Source: an uncultured Porphyromonadaceae bacterium | GTDB taxonomy: Bacteria; Bacteroidota; Bacteroidia; Bacteroidales; Muribaculaceae | NCBI GenBank assembly: GCA_946414395.1 | Contig: CAMKOE010000005.1 | Location: 14,712-78,711, forward strand | Length of the DNA stretch: 64,000 bases | Reading direction: 5' to 3' | Shown here: positions 10,331-19,938 of the stretch, piece after piece | Layout: each line of letters begins with the position of its first letter | Position numbering within the stretch: position 1 is the stretch's first letter | Notes under the pieces: model-generated | Seen by the model: only the letters and a program-made list of their open reading frames with translations | What the model was told of the DNA's origin: nothing | Database searches by the model: none | Program-made: the position numbers and the translations under genes

Positions 10331-10615
10331 CTATCTGAATCTTGAATAGTCTTCGTAATACTTTCTCCCTTTATTCACTTTTTTTGCTTCTTTACGTCTT
10401 TTCCTTTCCTTCCGTTCATAATAATAATCGCCTAATGGCTGGCATATATCTTTCATTGGATTAGACACCATGCGAATTATTTCGTCAAATATTTTCCTAA
10501 CAAGCTTTAAAATCACCAAAAAGAGAACACAGGCCCATTTAAAAACAAACGGGAGCGCGAAAATGACAATCAGTAAGATAATTATGTTACCATCAAATGG
10601 CCAATAGTAATACAT
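10331..10615 (-). CDS. Small membrane protein, moron-like (94 aa)
   Basis: AT-rich ORF, hydrophobic N-terminus, basic C-terminus, AAAGGAGG upstream. Confidence 0.6.
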   Translation of the reverse strand: MYYYWPFDGNIIILLIVIFALPFVFKWACVLFLVILKLVRKIFDEIIRMVSNPMKDICQPLGDYYYERKERKRRKEAKKVNKGRKYYEDYSRFR

Positions 10616-10773
10616 CTCTCTGTCCTCCTTTCTTCATTGATTTAGGCTGCAAAAACCATGCCATTAGCCTTATTGAAAACATGTTATACAACATAGAGGG
10701 AAGCGGGTGCGGCTTTCGTCCTCGCGACGTCCGCCGCACTGCTTCTCCTCTAATAACAATAACGTATCAAAAA

Positions 10774-11223
10774 TTATAGCTGATTCCTATAGTAAGCCGT
10801 GTTTTTCCTCATCTTATCGGCATCGAGGGCGTCGCTGACGATTCCCAGGAACTCGCGCCCGAGCGAGTCAGCCATAAACTCCTTGATATTCATGAATGAG
10901 GCGTAGAACTTCTTAGAGAACCAGGGGCGCTTCTTGCGCATCTTGTCTCGCCCGATGTCACCCGGGTTCCCCCTGGGCACTTCTCGCCCGGTGCCATAGT
11001 TCTGCCAGAGTCCATACTCCAGGAACGACTGCGACAGGGTGATGGCCGTGATGCGCTCATCCTTGTCACAGCGGATGCCCACGGGTGACTCCAGCAGCCG
11101 TCCGGTGTCGATCACGCCGAGGAGGACGATCTGTTCCTTCCAGATCTTGACCATCGTATCATTGAACGCCGAGATATATTTCTCGCGTTCCTTCAGCGCC
11201 TGTTGTTCGGTAAACTCAGCCAT
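10774..11223 (-). CDS. Phage protein, possible neck/tail-completion protein (149 aa)
   Basis: IDTGRL motif and RPWF C-terminus typical of virion morphogenesis proteins; start chosen just after the promoter motif. Confidence 0.55.
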   Translation of the reverse strand: MAEFTEQQALKEREKYISAFNDTMVKIWKEQIVLLGVIDTGRLLESPVGIRCDKDERITAITLSQSFLEYGLWQNYGTGREVPRGNPGDIGRDKMRKKRPWFSKKFYASFMNIKEFMADSLGREFLGIVSDALDADKMRKNTAYYRNQL

Positions 11224-11230
11224 CTTGCTG

Positions 11231-11265
11231 CAAAGGTATCTTTTTATTGTCGCCGACAAAAAGAC
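11231..11265 (-). promoter_or_regulatory. Putative late promoter (copy 2)
   Basis: GTCTTTT-N20-TACCTTTG. Confidence 0.75.
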
Positions 11266-11378
11266 ATTAGACGGCCTCTCAGACCCTACTCACCACTCCC
11301 GAGCAACGCCTGCTCGCCCCGCTGACACCAGTGCCCGGCTGATTTGGTTGTCCCGTTGACGAAGTCAGAAAAAAAAAT

Positions 11379-11411
11379 GATGCAGACGGCTCATCCCGAG
11401 CGATCTGCATC
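11379..11411 (-). terminator. Intrinsic terminator after terminase gene
   Basis: GATGCAGA...TCTGCATC stem followed by a T-run on the minus strand. Confidence 0.65.
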
Positions 11412-11434
11412 GTAGTATTATGAAAAAAAATTAC

Positions 11435-13066
11435 TTAACCGATACCTGTAAGTGTAATTATTGACTTATTAAAATCTTGCGGGAATTTTTCGCAGCCGAT
11501 ATATACCGTATCGAAAGCATCCGTGCCGTCCGTACGGTGTTCCAACAGATTTTCCTCATTCTCTGCGAGTTTCTCGCCCGACTTGTTTTTTCGGAAGCCA
11601 TTACGGCCCCTTTCGACGCCAGCCGACTGAACGGCCAGGATGAGGTCATCATTGTTTTGTCGGTTGAACATCGGCATCAGCCGTTGTTTGCCGGCAAAGC
11701 CATTGTTGATGAGCAGGTATTTCTCATCGTGCCTCATCGGTTGCCCGATGTACACGTCAACAACCTCCCACCCGTTGCGGTTGAATTCATTCACCACATT
11801 CCAGTGGAAATCCTGCTCATTGACCGCAAAGTTATTCCCGAGCGCCGTCGCATCATAGTAGAAAACCACTGTTTTTTTGCGATGGCACATGTAGTATATA
11901 CAGAAATCCCTAACCAGAGCGGGTATTTTCCGCTCATACTTCACATAGAACGATTTCAGTATAAGCAATTTGTCTCCTCGCGGTTGTGCAGCGACTATCC
12001 AATTGATGTTCGCGTTGTAATCCATACCGATACATATAGGCAAATCAGGATTCAGATCCTCATCCGCCCTACAGTCGATTGCCGCAGGGTCTGGGTGCCA
12101 GCCGAGTGTGTCCAGGTAATCGAAATCCGACGCATTGTACTTGTGGCTTTCCCTCATCGAGTTGTAGAACCCATCCTTAGCGATACCGATTCGCTGGCAG
12201 AGGATAGACGTCCAGAACGTCAGGGGCGTCAAGTCGCGCTTCATCTGTTTTATATAATTCTCTCCGATAAATTGGAGGTTTTCAATCGAGGAGTATTCCC
12301 GATAGAAAACCGCCACTGACCGAAGCCTGTTCAGGTTCCGGTCAAGATTACGGAGATAATTCCTCAGATAGCCAGGCACGGGTTTACCCGCTGCCTTGAG
12401 CGCCCTAATGCGCTCCTTCGTGTGCCATATCTGATAGACCGATCCCTTGATGACATCGATCAGTTCTGTGTCCATCTTTTCGCGGTAGTGCAGGAACCAC
12501 GAGCCCTTTTGCGTCTGGGGCATATCCGACAGGATCATCAAGGAATGATTAAACGAGTGCTTGCCGAAATGCGTCTTGATGCCGCCATTGGCAGGCAGCA
12601 CCTCATCCTTCAATTTCGCGTAGTCGATGAACTTTGCCTCATCGACCAGCACCCACGACAGGGTGAGCGAGTTTGCTGCGCCAGGCCTGTCCTGGGACAG
12701 CATGATCGCCACCGCGCCATTATAGAAACTGATGACATGTTCAAAGTGCTGCGGCTTGATGATTGGCTCCGCGAAGGCTTTGGGCGGTTTACGCCCGACC
12801 ACGTAGTGGATGCCCTCGATGTAGCCCCACCTACGCCACGCCGCCAGCAGTCCCGGGATTGTGTTTGTCAGGCCGTGCCGGAACGTCGGCACCACGATGC
12901 CCCCCGTGCTGCCCGGCATGCGCTGCATGTTGCGCAGCATGAACGGGGCCGCGATACTATCCGTCTTTCCCGTACGTCGTCCAGCAACGATGACTGTAGT
13001 ATTCGCCCCGATTAATTGTGTCAGGCGCTGAGGCTTATTGAAGTAAACTGGATTCGTCGGTATCAT
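11435..13066 (-). CDS. Terminase large subunit
   Basis: Walker A AGRRTGKT, Walker B VLVDEAK, RNase H-like nuclease acidic motifs IGMDYN and DGTDAFD; start at MIPTNP. Confidence 0.9.
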   Translation of the reverse strand: MIPTNPVYFNKPQRLTQLIGANTTVIVAGRRTGKTDSIAAPFMLRNMQRMPGSTGGIVVPTFRHGLTNTIPGLLAAWRRWGYIEGIHYVVGRKPPKAFAEPIIKPQHFEHVISFYNGAVAIMLSQDRPGAANSLTLSWVLVDEAKFIDYAKLKDEVLPANGGIKTHFGKHSFNHSLMILSDMPQTQKGSWFLHYREKMDTELIDVIKGSVYQIWHTKERIRALKAAGKPVPGYLRNYLRNLDRNLNRLRSVAVFYREYSSIENLQFIGENYIKQMKRDLTPLTFWTSILCQRIGIAKDGFYNSMRESHKYNASDFDYLDTLGWHPDPAAIDCRADEDLNPDLPICIGMDYNANINWIVAAQPRGDKLLILKSFYVKYERKIPALVRDFCIYYMCHRKKTVVFYYDATALGNNFAVNEQDFHWNVVNEFNRNGWEVVDVYIGQPMRHDEKYLLINNGFAGKQRLMPMFNRQNNDDLILAVQSAGVERGRNGFRKNKSGEKLAENEENLLEHRTDGTDAFDTVYIGCEKFPQDFNKSIITLTGIG

Positions 13067-13661
13067 TACCAAACAATGATTTTTCCTCCAGGTCCGCCTC
13101 TTCGTATTCCACGTCCTGGATGTCGATAGATTCCTTCCTGTATTTCTCCAGCATTCGCATTTGTACCTCATCGATATTCTCGATGGGCTTTATTCCGAGC
13201 ACAGACGGGTCTCCCGTTGCCGTGAACGGCTGCGGCACGATATCCTCATAGGGGATGACCTGTTCATCTTCCAGGTCAACGCGGTTGAACTTCGCATATG
13301 AAGCAGCCGCCCGTTCCATCGTTTTCGTGTCGTGTCGGCGCTTCGCCTGCTGGTATGTTTCCAGCAGCATTTGATTCGCCTTCCACCGGTGCCACTCCCT
13401 GGAACTGCTTTGCAGAGCAGGCAGCAGTTGTTTGATGATGGCCAGGTCTGCATATACCGCCCTTTCCGACATGTGATGTCTGGCCACCATCGTATCCACG
13501 AACATCCTGTCCGGCTGGTCAGGGTTAGCGAGTGTCCATTGGTATTCGTCACGGATACGCATGATTGCGCTGACCGTCTTCACGTCAAACCTCTGTTCGA
13601 GGTCCGATTGTGGCGTGAACAGGTCAGTGCGGGCAACATCTATGATCCTGGGCGGTGGCAT
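13035..13661 (-). CDS. Putative terminase small subunit (208 aa)
   Basis: Immediately upstream of and overlapping TerL; helical with HTH-like MSERAVYADL segment. Confidence 0.55.
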   Translation of the reverse strand: MPPPRIIDVARTDLFTPQSDLEQRFDVKTVSAIMRIRDEYQWTLANPDQPDRMFVDTMVARHHMSERAVYADLAIIKQLLPALQSSSREWHRWKANQMLLETYQQAKRRHDTKTMERAAASYAKFNRVDLEDEQVIPYEDIVPQPFTATGDPSVLGIKPIENIDEVQMRMLEKYRKESIDIQDVEYEEADLEEKSLFGNDTDESSLLQ

Positions 13662-13936
13662 TACTCATCATCCTCCATCTCTATGAGGGCGAGTCTCGCA
13701 TTTTCCAATGCGAGTGGTGAGCCCACCTGCGCCAGTTGGATCTCCTGCTTGCGGAGTTCCACCTTGCGCGACACTTTCCCTTTCTGGTATGCGTTATGAG
13801 CAGGGCTGCCCACGATACCGATGTCTCGCCTCAATTCCTCCGGCGTGGTCCCGAGGATGAGGGCAATATCCGTGACGGTGAGGAAAAGTCCAGCCATCAC
13901 CTCAATTTGCTGCAATTCTTTGTCTGTATAGGTCAT
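13661..13936 (-). CDS. Small HTH-like packaging-module protein (91 aa)
   Basis: LTVTDIALILG helix-turn-helix-like segment; translationally coupled to neighbours. Confidence 0.5.
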   Translation of the reverse strand: MTYTDKELQQIEVMAGLFLTVTDIALILGTTPEELRRDIGIVGSPAHNAYQKGKVSRKVELRKQEIQLAQVGSPLALENARLALIEMEDDE

Positions 13937-14423
13937 TTAGCGGTATTGAGTGGTTTTTGATGAGATTTTGCACCTGCAGGAATAGCGTGCGGAATATAGC
14001 GAGATCCGATGATACGAAGGCGCACTCCTGGCGGTTGCCACGAGTCAGGTTCTGGCTCGTGACCACCGCCGCGACTTCACCCTTCTCGCTTTGGACCAGC
14101 AGCAGTTTGCTGTGGTTGTCGGCGAGATAGGTTCTCGAGACCACCTGGCGGATGAACGGCCAAAGTTTGATTGTTTTGTTTGTCGCCTTATGGTCCAGGA
14201 TAAGGTTATACTCCAGCACCGACTTCTGCTTCTGGATGAAGTATAGGCGACGGACAAACTCCTCCGAGATAGAGAACGACGTCTGCCAAACGCGGGATGG
14301 GCCGAGTTGCTCGAGGATCCATTCCAGCACGTCTGCCACCTGCAGTTCGTTCGTAAGATACGCTTGCGATTCCTTACGGGCGAGCGGTATCAGGTAGTTC
14401 TCTATGTTAACACCTCTTTTCAT
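13902..14423 (-). CDS. Phospholipase D-like (HKD) nuclease-fold protein
   Basis: Single NHSKLLL...TSQNLT motif matching HxK(x)n(G/T)SxN of PLD/Nuc nucleases. Confidence 0.7.
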   Translation of the reverse strand: MKRGVNIENYLIPLARKESQAYLTNELQVADVLEWILEQLGPSRVWQTSFSISEEFVRRLYFIQKQKSVLEYNLILDHKATNKTIKLWPFIRQVVSRTYLADNHSKLLLVQSEKGEVAAVVTSQNLTRGNRQECAFVSSDLAIFRTLFLQVQNLIKNHSIPLNDLYRQRIAAN

Positions 14424-15160
14424 TCGGTGATGATCCCGAGTTCAACGAGTTCACGGGTGAGTTTCTCCGTAGGAGAGTTCACCTTAGCGTAGGCAGCGGC
14501 GAGTTGTTCCCGCAGCGCTTCGTCTGGCTGGGCCTTGTATTTTCCCTTGTTGAAGTTGATGAACGCCAGTGCGCGTCGGTTTTCCTGTCTCGAGTCCAGT
14601 TTCTCTATCACCTCAGCCGTCTTGACATCGAAATTGTCATAGGCAGCCCAGTTGTCCCTGTACTGCTTATCCAGTTTTATCAATTCCTGCAGGAACGGGA
14701 ACTTATCCGAGTCCTTGCACGTGTAGCCAGGGCGCCCGCTCTGTATGATGCGCAGTTGAGCGTGGAGGTCACGCATCTTCTGTAGGATAGACTTATTCTC
14801 CACGTAGAGCGATTGGATCTCTACGGGCAAGGAGTCATGGTCTTCCCTCTTGCCCGCCTTGAATTCGTTGGCTGGGTTTTCCTGCTGTGCGGCAAGCGCG
14901 CGGTTAGCAGCGATTTGCTGCACCTTATCCTCCATCTCCACCACCTGTTCGTGTGTCACTTGCTGCAGTCGCCACTGGAGTTGCTTCTTCAATTCATACT
15001 CCAGTTTGTCATGCAGCCGGGTCGGGTTGTGAAGGATATTGTTATAAAGTACCTGGTTACGGTTGATTTTGAGCAGCAGCATCGCACCAGCAGGAATGTT
15101 CCGCTCAGCCCGTGGTGTTTCCAGCCACGCTTTGACTTGTTGAGTTATTTTATCGTCCAT
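14420..15160 (-). CDS. Phage hypothetical protein (246 aa, helical)
   Basis: Long ORF coupled within the operon; no recognised motif. Confidence 0.6.
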   Translation of the reverse strand: MDDKITQQVKAWLETPRAERNIPAGAMLLLKINRNQVLYNNILHNPTRLHDKLEYELKKQLQWRLQQVTHEQVVEMEDKVQQIAANRALAAQQENPANEFKAGKREDHDSLPVEIQSLYVENKSILQKMRDLHAQLRIIQSGRPGYTCKDSDKFPFLQELIKLDKQYRDNWAAYDNFDVKTAEVIEKLDSRQENRRALAFINFNKGKYKAQPDEALREQLAAAYAKVNSPTEKLTRELVELGIITE

Positions 15161-15163
15161 TTT

Positions 15164-15802
15164 TCAATTCAGTTTATTATTCACCCCGGTAAAGAACACC
15201 AGGTTTTTGCCTAGCGGCATGAGCAGGTGTTTCATTCCTGCCAGCGTTTGTCCTGTGGTCACGAAATCGTCAAAGACGATGACGTTAGGTTCCACAGGCA
15301 GCACATTGAGTTCAAAAACCGCGTTTACTCGCTGCTTGGTTTGGCAGAATGCCACATCTTCGTAGAACGGAATCTCCAGCATCTGGCCTAAACGCTCGCT
15401 GATGAGCGTGGCGAAGTTCTTCACCTTGTGGCGCCGTTTCGGCGAGGTGCAGATGCACCATCCACCCAGGTTGAGGCTGTAGCCCAGCATTTCCTTGATC
15501 ACGGGGCAGATGCTGTCGGCGAAGTAGGCTACCATTCCGGGGTCGGCCTTGATGTCCGTGAGTGTCCTGCCCATGATCGACTTCTGCCAGATAGAGACGA
15601 AGTTCACGTCCGAGCGACGTGTGAGGCGCAACTTGTAGGAGAAGTCGCACCGCGCTTCGGTGGACTTGTCCCAAGACTTGTGCTGCTGCACCGCGAACAG
15701 GTCTTTGACCTGCGGTTTCGCTTCTTCCCGTGTTTCCAAAAGCGAGGAGAGCGCTATGCTCTCCGGAACATCACTCAAGATGCCGTCCCATAGGCCCTCC
15801 AT
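15164..15802 (-). CDS. ComF-like phosphoribosyltransferase-domain protein
   Basis: PRPP-binding loop VIVFDDFVTTGQTL. Confidence 0.8.
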   Translation of the reverse strand: MEGLWDGILSDVPESIALSSLLETREEAKPQVKDLFAVQQHKSWDKSTEARCDFSYKLRLTRRSDVNFVSIWQKSIMGRTLTDIKADPGMVAYFADSICPVIKEMLGYSLNLGGWCICTSPKRRHKVKNFATLISERLGQMLEIPFYEDVAFCQTKQRVNAVFELNVLPVEPNVIVFDDFVTTGQTLAGMKHLLMPLGKNLVFFTGVNNKLN

Positions 15803-15825
15803 CGCTATCTATGAATGGCAGAATC

Positions 15826-16641
15826 TTACGTTCCAAGATTTCTGATGACCGTAACGGTAACCTTGACCTCCGGACCGTCCTCGTGCGAGCAGGTGATGGT
15901 CGCGTTACCCTGTGCTACTGCGCTCACCAGGCCATTTTCATCAACTGTTGCGGCACTGGTGTTGGATGAGTTGAAAGTCCACCCCGACGCAGGAGTCGTT
16001 ATCAGTTTACGCGTTGAACCAGCCGCAATGCTCATAGAGGTCGGTTCTACCGAGTAAGAGCCCGACTCATCTCCACCCTTTGACGGGTACACATCGCCGT
16101 CTTCAGTCTGGAGGACGCCCGTGTAGAAGGGCGCAGCGATTTCGTCGGTCACCTCCACATTGATTGTCGTGGAAGCGGGATTCGTGCCTTGGCCCTGATC
16201 CTGGTTGACGGTGGTAAGCGTGCGCCACTTGTCATTGCCCAGCACGCGGAAGTTGCCCTCCATGTCCTCATAGACATAGACGTTGTCGCTGTTGTTCAGG
16301 AATCCAGCGGCTGCCGTGGCTGCATCGTCAATACCGTTGTGGACGAAAGTTGCCTTGTTCAACTGCGTCTGGCTAGGCACCTCACCTTGGGGCTCGCTGG
16401 TAACCGTCGACTTGTCAATGTTGATATCGATGTACTGCCAATACGCACCTTCAGCGAGTTCGAAGTTGCCGTTGTACTTGGCATCGGTCACACGTCCGAA
16501 TTCGTCACGGGTGAGCGCGGGCCATGCCACGATCAAATTTTTGTTGCAGTAGTACACCCTGCGGCGGATGCCGGGGAACTGAGGCATTCCCTCGCACCAG
16601 TCGAGCGACTTCTGCAAACTAGGACATTCTCTTTTTGCCAT
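15826..16641 (-). CDS. Major tail protein with C-terminal Ig-like (Big_2) domain
   Basis: C-terminal SSNTSAATVDENGLVSAVAQGNATIT; follows the capsid gene. Confidence 0.7.
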   Translation of the reverse strand: MAKRECPSLQKSLDWCEGMPQFPGIRRRVYYCNKNLIVAWPALTRDEFGRVTDAKYNGNFELAEGAYWQYIDINIDKSTVTSEPQGEVPSQTQLNKATFVHNGIDDAATAAAGFLNNSDNVYVYEDMEGNFRVLGNDKWRTLTTVNQDQGQGTNPASTTINVEVTDEIAAPFYTGVLQTEDGDVYPSKGGDESGSYSVEPTSMSIAAGSTRKLITTPASGWTFNSSNTSAATVDENGLVSAVAQGNATITCSHEDGPEVKVTVTVIRNLGT

Positions 16642-16674
16642 ATTAGTAAGCCTGTTTAAGTGAATAGATGCGGA

Positions 16675-17676
16675 TTAATCTCCTGCGCCACCGCCACCGC
16701 CTTCAGCCAACTTGATCACCTTGATGAAGCGGAAGTCGAAGGTGCGGAATCCGGCGCCGAAGAACATCTTCGCATTCAGCGTCAGCGTGTCGGGCTGGAA
16801 CTGGCGAACCTCGCACTTCTCGGCATCGCTCATGCCGTCGTAGCCGTAGATGACATTCTTCTTGGGCGCGATCCACATGATTTTAGTGCCAGCGAGGCCA
16901 TCGAGCGGGGCGAACGTCATGCGGCGGTTGCAGCCCTCGATGTAGTTCTGCTCATACTTCTCGTTGTAGGGCACGGCGGGATGGGTGAGCAGGTAGCCCT
17001 CGTTGTACAGGTCAACGATGTGGGGGTCGCAATACAGGAAACGCTCCTGCTTGCGGAGTCGCTGGTCAAGCCCGAACTCAATCGTCTTGATGGTGTCCAC
17101 GACGTTCTCGACAGTGATGTCCTCGGTGAGCTGTACCAGGTTTTTCTTGGCGACGCTCACCTTGCCGTCGGTGATGGCCTTATTGATGACCGTCACATGC
17201 CCGTTGAACAGGTCCATCGTCGTGTCTCCCTCGTCATCACGCACAGCGGCGGGGATTGCCAGAGCGAGTTCCTCGCCTGCCGACTCCATGACGCCAGCGA
17301 TGACGAGTTTAGCGATTTCGCTCTTAGACATACCCTCACCCATCACAGCGGCCTTTTCGCCCAGGATGGTCTGCACCTCGTCGTTAGGGACGAAGTCATG
17401 GATCATCGATCCGAAGAAAATCTCCAGCGTCTCGAAATTGATTTTCGTTGACGCGTTGCCGCGCTTGTTGGCGACGTAGGGATAGAACTGAGCCTTGCTC
17501 TCTGCCGTACCGATGTGCTGGTTCGTGCGGCAGCCGGGCAGACCCGTCATGTACTTGGTTGTATCTTTGGCGGACAGCACGGGCACCTTGACAAAGACGC
17601 GGTGCCATTTCTCCGCCGCTTTCTGGTACTCCTCAAAACTAGGAGCGATTTCTACAGGAAGTTCTACAGGAGGCAT
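16675..17676 (-). CDS. Major capsid protein (333 aa)
   Basis: Follows the ClpP-type protease; size, strong codon bias and GDT..DLFNG pattern fit an HK97-fold capsid. Confidence 0.7.
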   Translation of the reverse strand: MPPVELPVEIAPSFEEYQKAAEKWHRVFVKVPVLSAKDTTKYMTGLPGCRTNQHIGTAESKAQFYPYVANKRGNASTKINFETLEIFFGSMIHDFVPNDEVQTILGEKAAVMGEGMSKSEIAKLVIAGVMESAGEELALAIPAAVRDDEGDTTMDLFNGHVTVINKAITDGKVSVAKKNLVQLTEDITVENVVDTIKTIEFGLDQRLRKQERFLYCDPHIVDLYNEGYLLTHPAVPYNEKYEQNYIEGCNRRMTFAPLDGLAGTKIMWIAPKKNVIYGYDGMSDAEKCEVRQFQPDTLTLNAKMFFGAGFRTFDFRFIKVIKLAEGGGGGAGD

Positions 17677-17681
17677 GGTTC

Positions 17682-18755
17682 TTACTTATTAAGTTGGTTC
17701 AACATTTCCTGGGCCTCTTTCATCTCGCCGCAGTAGTCCTGCAGGGGCGAGGGTTCCTTAGTGCCCTGGCCTTGATTGTTCACCTGCTTGGAATCGTCGG
17801 CAGGCTTCTTTGCCAAGCCAGCGATCTCAGCATTCTTCGCCTCAAGTTGTGACTTGAGGCCGTCGATGGTGGCGGTGTACTGAGCGATAGTCGCCTTGTC
17901 CGCCTCAGCCTGGTCAGTCAGGCTCTTGAGGCGGTCATCGATATCCTTCAACTGTTCACACGTCATCTCGACCTTGCCGCCCTCCTCGCACCCGAAAGAC
18001 TCGAGTGCCAGCACGGCGGCGACGAAAGCAAAAGTCTTCTTCATCGTTGTAGTGTTAGCGGTTTGTTTGTTATTTGTCTCGTTAGGATAGACTTTTCTCA
18101 AGAATTCCTTGATCTGTCGGAGTAGAGACTGCTTGCCATCATCAACAGGCAGGTCAGGCATCGGGATGCCATGCGCTGCCATGAAGTCCAAGACTTCTTC
18201 CGTCACTTTCGGCTCCTCATCTTCTGGGTTATCGGTGATCTCGTCCACGAAGCCCCATGCGAGCGCCTCCTGGGCGTTGAGCCAGCCACCGACCTTCATC
18301 AGCGCGAGCAGATCTTCCTTCTCCTTCTTGCATCGGCGGGCGTAGCCCTCAGCGATGTTCAAGTCAATCTTGTCCAAGTCCTTCTTTGCCTGTTCACAGT
18401 CCTCGATGAGTTGCTGCAACTGGTCAGCGTTCATGAGGTCCCATTTGAACACCATCTGGCTGCACTTGTGCACAAGGTACATGGCGTTCGTGTCCATGGT
18501 GATGCGAGCAGCGCCGAGCGAAGCGATCGTTGCAGCCGACGCATTCATGCCGACGTAATGCACATGCACATTGCCGTGTCGCTTGAACGCGCTGGAGATT
18601 GACAGAGCAGTGGCGACTGAGCCGCCCAGCGAGTCAATCAGCACGTTCACCTGCTCATCTTTGTGCTTGTTGAGCACATAGTCCACGTAGTCGGCGCTGA
18701 AGTCCCAGTAGCCGACCGTTCCTTTGAGGTGGAGGTGGTATTTTCTCTTTGCCAT
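17682..18755 (-). CDS. ClpP-like prohead protease with C-terminal scaffold coiled coil
   Basis: IDSLGGSV, MNASAAT (catalytic Ser), LVHK, WLNAQEALAWGFVDEI. Confidence 0.9.
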   Translation of the reverse strand: MAKRKYHLHLKGTVGYWDFSADYVDYVLNKHKDEQVNVLIDSLGGSVATALSISSAFKRHGNVHVHYVGMNASAATIASLGAARITMDTNAMYLVHKCSQMVFKWDLMNADQLQQLIEDCEQAKKDLDKIDLNIAEGYARRCKKEKEDLLALMKVGGWLNAQEALAWGFVDEITDNPEDEEPKVTEEVLDFMAAHGIPMPDLPVDDGKQSLLRQIKEFLRKVYPNETNNKQTANTTTMKKTFAFVAAVLALESFGCEEGGKVEMTCEQLKDIDDRLKSLTDQAEADKATIAQYTATIDGLKSQLEAKNAEIAGLAKKPADDSKQVNNQGQGTKEPSPLQDYCGEMKEAQEMLNQLNK

Positions 18756-18779
18756 GGTTGTCCGAATTAGATGCTGTCA

Positions 18780-18814
18780 CAAAGATATTATTATGTATTC
18801 GAGGGCAAAAAGAC
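18780..18814 (-). promoter_or_regulatory. Putative late promoter (copy 3, head operon)
   Basis: GTCTTTT-N20-TATCTTTG. Confidence 0.75.
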
Positions 18815-18824
18815 CTCAAAACGC

Positions 18825-19253
18825 CTATAATGCCACGGGAATGAGTGCCACGACTGCCTTGTGGGTCACTTTCACCGTTGAAACAGCGGGGTCACCTCCA
18901 GGCGAACCCGCCGAAGACGACACTTCGGTGACCGGGTAGTTTCTTTCCCTTGCGCCTATCAGCCACCAATGGCCCTCCGCATCCTGGACTACCCATACCA
19001 CATCCTCGTCCATGGGCACCGAGTCCATCGTTTTGAACTCCAGGGTACACTCCCCCACCAGTCCGTTGTTCTCGTATGTTGTGATGCCTTTAGCCGTCGC
19101 GTCCGTCACCAGCCTCAATTCATTTCCCTGGGCGCCGATGGCCACTGGCACGCCCGCAACATATTTTTCGGCGACGTGCGGAGCGATTTGTTCTGCCCGC
19201 AGCCACATCACCCTGACGACACCCGGCATTCTGTTACAATCCGTATAACTCAT
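18825..19253 (-). CDS. Phage hypothetical protein (142 aa)
   Basis: N-terminal C..MPGV and beta-rich pattern resemble the major tail protein N-terminus. Confidence 0.55.
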   Translation of the reverse strand: MSYTDCNRMPGVVRVMWLRAEQIAPHVAEKYVAGVPVAIGAQGNELRLVTDATAKGITTYENNGLVGECTLEFKTMDSVPMDEDVVWVVQDAEGHWWLIGARERNYPVTEVSSSAGSPGGDPAVSTVKVTHKAVVALIPVAL

Positions 19254-19325
19254 AATGCTTTGTTTGATTTGTGTTTAATGTTATGGTTTGTTATTTTTCG
19301 CCTTTGAAATCCTGGTTAAAAGTCG

Positions 19326-19796
19326 TTAAATCTTGCGTTTTTCCGACGGTTTGCCATGTCTGTATGCTTTCCGCTGCCTCATGAACATCTGCCTGAGCGC
19401 TTCCCAAGATCGCGGGTCATCCTCGATGCCGTTGCACTCCATCCACGCATAGATCGAATCAGATATCGGCAGCGAGAGTTTCTCGACCCTGTAGAGGTCA
19501 TGCCAGAGCCTGACGCGCAGCCTCACCATGATAACATGTGTGAGGATCTTCTTCGCATTCTCATTCATGTAGCAGTAAGTCGGCGTCGGCTTGCTCTTGA
19601 GCGACGGAATGACGATGGGGTATTCCCCAGGCTTTTTCATCTCAGGGTGTTCCGGGTCTGGTTGTGGCTGTAGATACATCTCAAACACATCGATTTCCGC
19701 TCCTCCACGCGGAAAGCAGATCTCGCCCTGGCTGTTGCCATATTCATGAAGGCACCAGTCGGCTAGGTATTTCGGCAGTTTAAGATAGACATTCAT
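19326..19796 (-). CDS. Phage hypothetical protein, candidate transcriptional regulator
   Basis: ORF with its own TATCTTTG (19802-19809) abutting the start; basic helical C-terminus. Confidence 0.55.
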   Translation of the reverse strand: MNVYLKLPKYLADWCLHEYGNSQGEICFPRGGAEIDVFEMYLQPQPDPEHPEMKKPGEYPIVIPSLKSKPTPTYCYMNENAKKILTHVIMVRLRVRLWHDLYRVEKLSLPISDSIYAWMECNGIEDDPRSWEALRQMFMRQRKAYRHGKPSEKRKI

Positions 19797-19938
19797 GCCC
19801 ACAAAGATACGAAAAACTAACCGTTTATGTCAATAAATCGCCGCATTATTAACATGATAAGTTATACTAGTTAACAAAAATATCAAAAATGCACATGATT
19901 TACACGCGCGCACCCACGCTTTAGGGTGGGAAAAAGTT

